DNA from: Promethearchaeota archaeon
Lineage (GTDB): Archaea > Asgardarchaeota > Lokiarchaeia > Sigyniarchaeales > SOKP01
Assembly (NCBI GenBank): GCA_016839765.1
Contig: JAEOTP010000015.1
Coordinates: 32,001-96,000 of the forward strand
Direction of reading: 5' to 3'
DNA: 64,000 bases
Part shown: piece by piece, positions 58,012 through 64,000 of the stretch
How the letters are laid out: each line of letters starts with the position of its first letter
Position numbering within the stretch: position 1 is the first letter of the stretch
Notes under the pieces: generated by a model
The model's database searches: none
Told to the model about the DNA's origin: nothing
What the model saw: only the letters and a program-made list of their open reading frames with translations
Program-made: the position numbers and the translations under genes

Positions 58012-58509
58012 CTATTCTACTGATTCCGACTGGAGATTCATAAACGACATATATACGTTATATACTGATATTATTCCAATTGTAGATTCATAAAATATTT
58101 CGTCATCGATTATTAACGTCCATTTGTAGTAGATTACTATACTTCCTTTTGAAGTATTTAAAAACCCAGTTAATGTAATACCTTGTCCAAAATAGAGGAT
58201 AGTGTCTACTAATGTAAAATTCACACCAGTAAAACCCCCTTCGATATAGGTAGAGTTTTCAATCGGATACATATTCGGTGGTAAAATTAAGCTAAAATTA
58301 ACATTATGAGTAGTAAGCGTATAAACAGATAGATTTACTTTCACATTTAATCCTGGGGCAGAGAAATTAGTATCTAAGTTTTGTAATTGAATGATAAATT
58401 CAGCAGGATCATCTGGGTAAGTCATTAGTGATTCGATGTCGAATTCATATGAAATTGATATATTTGAAGGTGGAACTACGCCTGAAATGTTCAGATTATT
58501 ATAAGCAAT
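58012..58509 (-). pseudogene. Orphan 3' fragment of the UPF0182 gene
   Basis: IAYNNLNISGVVPPSNISISYEFDIESLMTYPDDP... aligns with the C-terminus of 58782-61745. Confidence 0.85.
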
Positions 58510-58742
58510 TAGGAAGCGGGGAAGCTACTGCCAGAGAATACTTAATCGCAAATTATAAGGAAAGAATGTCCTTTGAAGACCTAGTTAAATTAGCATTAAA
58601 GGCTTTAAAAGAATCTATTGATGAGGAAGCCGCTAAAGAGAATATTCGGTTAGCTTATATTAAATCAGAGGATAAAGCGTTTCATATGTGCTCGAAAGAA
58701 GAAGTTGAGCAATTCTTAACCGAATTAGAAAAAAAAGTTTAG
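58509..58742 (+). pseudogene. Orphan 3' fragment of psmA
   Basis: LGSGEATAREYL...HMCSKEEVEQFL aligns with the PsmA C-terminus. Confidence 0.88.
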
Positions 58743-58781
58743 ATTTTAATTAAAGTCTTTTTTTATCTATACCTTAAGACT

Positions 58782-61745
58782 TTATACGTGTACATCAATT
58801 GTTCCAACCGGAGATTCAAAAAAGAGATCTCCATTAACTTTTAAAGTCCACTTATAAATGATAACTATTAGTTCCTTTGAAGAATTTAAGAATCCAGTAA
58901 GAGTAAGACCTTGTCCAAAGTAGAGAGTTGTATCTATAATAGTAAAATTAATTCCGCTATAAGCCCCCAATGTAAAGGAAGAGTTTGTAACTGAATAAGT
59001 TGGAGGTAATATTAAACTGAAATTAGCATTATGACTTGTTAAGGTGTAAACTAATAGGTTCACTGTGACATTTAATCCTGGAGCTGAAAAGTTAGTATTT
59101 AAATTTAGTAATTTGATGGTAAATTTCGCTGGATCTGTTGGGTATATCATTTCTGATTCCATGTCGAATTCATATGAAATTGATATATTTGAAGGTGGAA
59201 CTACGCCCGAAATATTCAGATTATTATAAGCAATCTCAACATTACTACCATAACCAACATTTCTAATAAACGCTTCTACAAAACCTACTAGTTTTAATTG
59301 TTGTAGGTCTCCTGCTGTACTATAAGTGGGTATATAATAATATAGGGAACCACCGAGTGGATATAAAAGGATATTCCCGTTTCTGGCACCTGATATTAAA
59401 GTTATTTCTTGCGTTGCTTCAGAAAGATATGTCTCATTCGCAGTTTTTGGGCCAATTAGAGTTTTAACACTTGCATCATAAAATATTGCTTCGCCAAAAT
59501 GAACTCCGTGCCTAATAACATACATACCAGCAAGTACAATTGCTGAACGTCCCTTATACTCTACCAAATCCAATCCAATATACTCAATACCCTCGCCTAA
59601 ATCAGTTTCAATATAAAATAAGTCCCCGTTTACAGGTCTTTCATGGAAATCATCCTCTCTTCTCCATGTTGTTGGATTTTCAACATGATAAATATAATTA
59701 GCTTCTAATTGTAATTCAAATAAATCTTCAGGATATCTTAATTGCTTTTTTAACCAGTTAGGGGCGTCTTGCCAATTATATTTACCAATAGAGGTATAAA
59801 TCCTCCAAAGTGGATAGGTAGGATCATTAGCAGCATTCAAAACAGGGTTTTTATAGAATTCTAATTCTCCAGTTTTCACATCTATTAAGCATACACCTAG
59901 AAATCTTAAGATAGGATATTTTGCATAAGAACCTAATTTAATATGTGTATAAATCGAAACTGCATAGTACATCTCTCCCGCGGCTATATTAAAAACTAAA
60001 TAAGGATCATTATCAATTTTAAGATTTGGAAAGAGAATATTTTGTACTCGTGTTTTAACATTCCTATTATATAAATACTCATGTAATTCTTGAGTTGAAT
60101 AGGCCAATAAGCCCAAATTTATTGTTGTCCAAAAACCCTCTAACCCTGTAAGTGTTCCATCAGGCTCTCCTGTGTAAACAAAATCATTATTTTCTATTCC
60201 TTTGGACCATTCAGTTCCTAATAAAATGTTAGAGTCATAAGCTCCTAAGGCACCCTCTTCATAATAACCTTGAGTTTTTTCTAAAAATATTTTACTCTCG
60301 CTCTCACCAAAAAATATTGGATAATTCTCTGTTATATTGAAAGTGGTATAGACGTTCACTAAATCACCCGAAAAGGTATCCATCGCTAAAAATCCTTCAA
60401 CATGATCATATAATTCTGTATTTGTTTGTACTGGATCTCCTGTTATTTGAGAAAACCTGACTGTTTTAGGGGATACCCAATATTCAGTACCATTAATGTA
60501 TATAATATCAGAATCTGCTAACCCCTCAAAAGTAGACCCTATTGAAGCAGCTAAATAATCTACTGCAAAGTCTTGGTCAAATTGCCTGATCTTTGTTCTA
60601 ATCGTTGCATCATCAGTTATTGTAGATTCTGTGAAATTTTCAATTGGACGCTCTTCAAATATACTTAATCCCGCACATTCTCTTGTCCAATCTATCTCTC
60701 TACTAATTTTTTTATTCCACTGTTGTTCAATCCAAACATCAGTGTTATTTAAAGTTAATGCTGGTCCAACACTTATTAGTAAAGGAACGATTATAAAGAT
60801 TACAATTACGGCACCAATGACCATAATTTTTTTCCTTTTTTGCCTTGAAAGAATATAATTTTTAGTATCTTTAGAATATTTTCTTTTTCCATATATATAA
60901 AAAAGGATACCCAAAATATTTAGAACTATAAACGCAAACAAGACAGACCAAGATTGAATAAGATTTATTCCATCTAATGCTTGTGTTGGCAAGATAAAAA
61001 ACCAAATTCCAAAAAGCAAACCGATAATTATTAATGCATTTGCTAAAATGTAGAAGTCATTTCTACGAAGATAAAAATTTTTAACAATATTAAGACCTAT
61101 TCGAAAGATTAGAACACAAAATATAAAAATAATGATTGGAACGAGTAGTTTCCCATAGGTAAATATGGTTAAAAAATCTTTATTGGTTTCATTGAAAATT
61201 ACATTAAAAGCATCAAATATAATAGTGGGAGATAACTGTATTTCTCCATTTTCAATTAAATATGCTGTCCACGCAAAAGACTGATCACCAATATTAAGGG
61301 TAAAACCTAATAAGTAGAAAATTACAAATCCAACAGTCCACCAAAAAGCAAGCGACTTGATATAAGAAGGTTTACCAAATCGTAAGCGCGTACCAATTAC
61401 AGTAAGTAAAATTCTATCTGGAGGCAAACTCATTATAACACAACCAGTTAAAGCTCCAATCAAAGCTGTTTTATTGAAAAAGAAATTTGAAGACCAAAAA
61501 TTTAGAAAATGTATATCAACGAAATTGGCATTCGCCTTATTTCCATATAATTGAATTTGAAGATTTATTGGACCAATCCAAGCCGGCCAAAACCAGAAAA
61601 TAGTTAAAGCTATTAAAATTCCTACAATTAAGAGAGAAGCTATTAATATTTTTTTTATTTTTGGTTTTTTTTTGAAGGGGCGATACTTAAATCTAATATG
61701 ATTATCATCAAAATTATCTTCTAAACGTGAGGGAAAAAATCCCAT
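58782..61745 (-). CDS. UPF0182-family membrane protein
   Basis: N-terminal TM block; IFFGE, DNDPYLV, IDVKTG, LRYPEDLF, GNILLYP, YYIPTY. Confidence 0.8.
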   Translation of the reverse strand: MGFFPSRLEDNFDDNHIRFKYRPFKKKPKIKKILIASLLIVGILIALTIFWFWPAWIGPINLQIQLYGNKANANFVDIHFLNFWSSNFFFNKTALIGALTGCVIMSLPPDRILLTVIGTRLRFGKPSYIKSLAFWWTVGFVIFYLLGFTLNIGDQSFAWTAYLIENGEIQLSPTIIFDAFNVIFNETNKDFLTIFTYGKLLVPIIIFIFCVLIFRIGLNIVKNFYLRRNDFYILANALIIIGLLFGIWFFILPTQALDGINLIQSWSVLFAFIVLNILGILFYIYGKRKYSKDTKNYILSRQKRKKIMVIGAVIVIFIIVPLLISVGPALTLNNTDVWIEQQWNKKISREIDWTRECAGLSIFEERPIENFTESTITDDATIRTKIRQFDQDFAVDYLAASIGSTFEGLADSDIIYINGTEYWVSPKTVRFSQITGDPVQTNTELYDHVEGFLAMDTFSGDLVNVYTTFNITENYPIFFGESESKIFLEKTQGYYEEGALGAYDSNILLGTEWSKGIENNDFVYTGEPDGTLTGLEGFWTTINLGLLAYSTQELHEYLYNRNVKTRVQNILFPNLKIDNDPYLVFNIAAGEMYYAVSIYTHIKLGSYAKYPILRFLGVCLIDVKTGELEFYKNPVLNAANDPTYPLWRIYTSIGKYNWQDAPNWLKKQLRYPEDLFELQLEANYIYHVENPTTWRREDDFHERPVNGDLFYIETDLGEGIEYIGLDLVEYKGRSAIVLAGMYVIRHGVHFGEAIFYDASVKTLIGPKTANETYLSEATQEITLISGARNGNILLYPLGGSLYYYIPTYSTAGDLQQLKLVGFVEAFIRNVGYGSNVEIAYNNLNISGVVPPSNISISYEFDMESEMIYPTDPAKFTIKLLNLNTNFSAPGLNVTVNLLVYTLTSHNANFSLILPPTYSVTNSSFTLGAYSGINFTIIDTTLYFGQGLTLTGFLNSSKELIVIIYKWTLKVNGDLFFESPVGTIDVHV

Positions 61746-61878
61746 AATATCACCAAATAGTTAGTACTTTATTACTTAAAATTAAAAATATAAATTTATT
61801 TTAGATTATAAAATGCTTTAATAATTAAGATAATTACCATTATTAAGGATTTTTGTTATAAGAAATGAAGTGAATTAA

Positions 61879-62274
61879 ATGGGGAAAAAAAAGAAAATTC
61901 GCGAGGAATTTGACGAAATCTTTAAGAGTGGCAACGAAAAGGCTATCAAAAAAATGTTAGACAAATTTCCGTGGTTACTCGATGAAGTATCTACTGAAAT
62001 GAACAAATTAATGGAAGATCAACACCAAGTCATTTCTGCTTTAGGTGTAATGGAAGATGAGCTTGGTGGTTCGGTCCCTATTGATGAAATCGTATTTTCT
62101 CTAAGAGTTGATTTTGATATTCGTATGTCTGAAGAAAATGTATTGAAAATTTTAACTGAAATTGAAGAGCTTGGATTAGTAAAAAAAGATGTAAATGGTT
62201 GGTTATTAACAAATGAGGGAGGAAAAATTTGCGATGATTATCTTAATAAAAATATTCATAAATTAGAGCTCTAA
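61879..62274 (+). CDS. Hypothetical protein with winged-helix-like C-terminus
   Basis: LTEIEELGLV...WLLTNEG. Confidence 0.65.
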   Translation: MGKKKKIREEFDEIFKSGNEKAIKKMLDKFPWLLDEVSTEMNKLMEDQHQVISALGVMEDELGGSVPIDEIVFSLRVDFDIRMSEENVLKILTEIEELGLVKKDVNGWLLTNEGGKICDDYLNKNIHKLEL

Positions 62275-62426
62275 TGAAATTTGATATTTTCCTTAAGAAG
62301 AATAAATATAAATCTAATTTTAAAATGAGTTTTTAAATGGGTATTGAATTATATTATTTAATTTGGATATAATAATTATTTTATGAGAATTTTGCGATAT
62401 TCTTTTCAAACAGATTTTTAAATTTG

Positions 62427-64000
62427 ATGGTTAACATGAATAATCAAAACAAAGATAAGGATTCAAAAGAAAAGCTTGATGCAAATGATGATGAAATTCG
62501 GGAAAGTGATTTTGATACATTTTTTGCTGATTTAGATAATATAGAAGAGGAAATATCATCTGAAGCATATGAATTAGTAGTACACGCATTATCCTTAATT
62601 GAGGGGCATTACTATGACGATGCAATAGAAGTTTTACGTCAAGCAATTGGTTTATACAGTCAGATTAATAAAAATGCTGAAATAGAAGCCCTCAATAAAA
62701 AAATTTCTGAGATATATGTATTAAAAGAGGAATATTTTCGGGAAACTGAGACGGAAACAATCATTGAAGTATTTGAAAAAGAGGATGATAAGAAAGAATT
62801 CTTCAATAAAGCTTATGAGATAATAGAAAAGGGTAAAGAGTTTATGAATCTGGAAAAATTTGAGGACGCACTTGACAAATATGATGAAGCAATTGAAATA
62901 TTTCAAAAAATAAATAATAATGATGAAATTGAGAAGGTAAATAAATTCATTGAGGAATGCTACAATAAAAAAGCTGAATATCTTAAAAGGTCTAAAAAAG
63001 AACCCGTCCTTATACAAGAAACTATAAGAATCAAAGCCCAAACTGAATTGAGTGAAGAAGAATTAAAGCAACAAAGAATTATGGCATTTGAAGAAGCTAA
63101 AAGACGAGAAGAAGAAATATCGAATAAAGCCTTCGAAATACTAGGTAAAGCTTCTGAACTTGCTAAAATCCACCAATACGATCAAGCAATTAACTTATAT
63201 TTACGAGGTTCGACATTATTTGAGGATATTAGCTGGTTAAATGAATCTAAAAAGGTAAGAAATACAATTGAACAATTAGAAAAACAAAAAGCTAAATTTA
63301 ATGCAGAAATGGAAGTAAGAAAAGCCCAAGAAGAGAAAATACTTGAAGAACAAAAAGCAGCAGAAATGATTGAAAAAGCTCAAATTGAAGAACAAATCAG
63401 ATTTCAAGCTCAAGCAGAAAAATTAGCAGATATAGAAAAAAGGAAAAGGGAAGAGGAACTATTTAAAAATCAGATTACGGAAATGATCGATAATGCGGAG
63501 AATTTAGCTAGAGAATATGATTTAGCAATGAAGAAAGCAATTAAAAAAGGTTATTTATTAGAAAATTGCGTGTATCCAGAGGTTATGGCTATCTATGAAG
63601 AAGTAAAGAAAAAGGTAGCCGAGAAGGGTTGGATAGATCAGATAAAAATTTATACTAATCAAATAAGACACTACGAAGACTTATTAGATAAAGATAAAAA
63701 ATTACGTCAAATTGAGGCTCAGAAACTTGAAAAACAAAGGCAATATGAAGATTTACACAAAATTAAAAAAGAAGAAAGAATTTCAGACTTAGATAATGAT
63801 AGATTAAAAATATTAGAACAACAACGACGATTGGAAGATGAAGAAGAAGAATTTAGAAAAATGGTTGATCAAATGATCAATAATGCGGAAAAGTTAGCGC
63901 GGGAATATGATATTAGCTTTAAAAAAGGTATAAAGAAAGGGAATTTAAATTTTGAGTCAAAATATCCCGAGATTATAGAAAACTATACCCAAGCTAGAAA
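62427..64000 (+). CDS. Large TPR-like/coiled-coil repeat protein (runs off window end; not in ORF track)
   Basis: MVNMNNQNKDKDSKE...YDDAIEVLRQAIGLY...; E/K/Q-rich; motif MIxNAExLAREYD repeated at 63483 and 63873. Confidence 0.85.
   Translation, partial: MVNMNNQNKDKDSKEKLDANDDEIRESDFDTFFADLDNIEEEISSEAYELVVHALSLIEGHYYDDAIEVLRQAIGLYSQINKNAEIEALNKKISEIYVLKEEYFRETETETIIEVFEKEDDKKEFFNKAYEIIEKGKEFMNLEKFEDALDKYDEAIEIFQKINNNDEIEKVNKFIEECYNKKAEYLKRSKKEPVLIQETIRIKAQTELSEEELKQQRIMAFEEAKRREEEISNKAFEILGKASELAKIHQYDQAINLYLRGSTLFEDISWLNESKKVRNTIEQLEKQKAKFNAEMEVRKAQEEKILEEQKAAEMIEKAQIEEQIRFQAQAEKLADIEKRKREEELFKNQITEMIDNAENLAREYDLAMKKAIKKGYLLENCVYPEVMAIYEEVKKKVAEKGWIDQIKIYTNQIRHYEDLLDKDKKLRQIEAQKLEKQRQYEDLHKIKKEERISDLDNDRLKILEQQRRLEDEEEEFRKMVDQMINNAEKLAREYDISFKKGIKKGNLNFESKYPEIIENYTQAR

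Larger units (their letters stand above)
57746..59234. repeat. Diverged tandem duplication (57746-58508 / 58509-59234) of the psmA-UPF0182 convergent junction
   Basis: Each unit holds a psmA 3' end and a UPF0182 3' end; 58436-58509 matches 59161-59234 at 72/74 nt. Confidence 0.9.

Noticed and set aside
58428-58742. 104-aa ORF as a real gene
   Set aside because: Its N-terminal part is the antisense of the UPF0182 fragment fused to the psmA fragment
3351-63041. Short tracked ORFs antisense to or nested in longer genes (e.g. 3351, 13149, 16544, 27340, 47217, 62721)
   Set aside because: Shadows of well-supported genes

Overview
AT-rich archaeal chromosomal window, most likely from an Asgard archaeon of the Lokiarchaeia type. 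This is inferred from gene content: two Ras/Rab-like small GTPases, proteasome alpha subunit, PolB1, a PolB2/inactive-RadA cassette, tetraether synthase, and a tRNA with BHB introns. Most genes are housekeeping: NAD salvage, lipid and acyl-CoA metabolism, DNA repair and proteolysis. I found no CRISPR array, transposase or integrase. The least explained signals are: (1) a ~390-nt structured non-coding unit with its own promoter and terminator-like tract directly downstream of polB2; (2) a ~210-nt two-hairpin leader or sRNA at 32.6-32.8 kb; (3) tRNA-Thr(UGU) with two non-canonical introns; (4) a diverged ~750-bp tandem duplication holding spare 3' ends of psmA and of the convergent UPF0182 gene; (5) an in-frame TGA gene ending in a SECIS-like hairpin; (6) a probable pseudo-GTPase needing a non-canonical start; (7) a 2838-aa almost entirely transmembrane protein. 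All family calls are from motif recognition by eye; no searches or folding programs were run.
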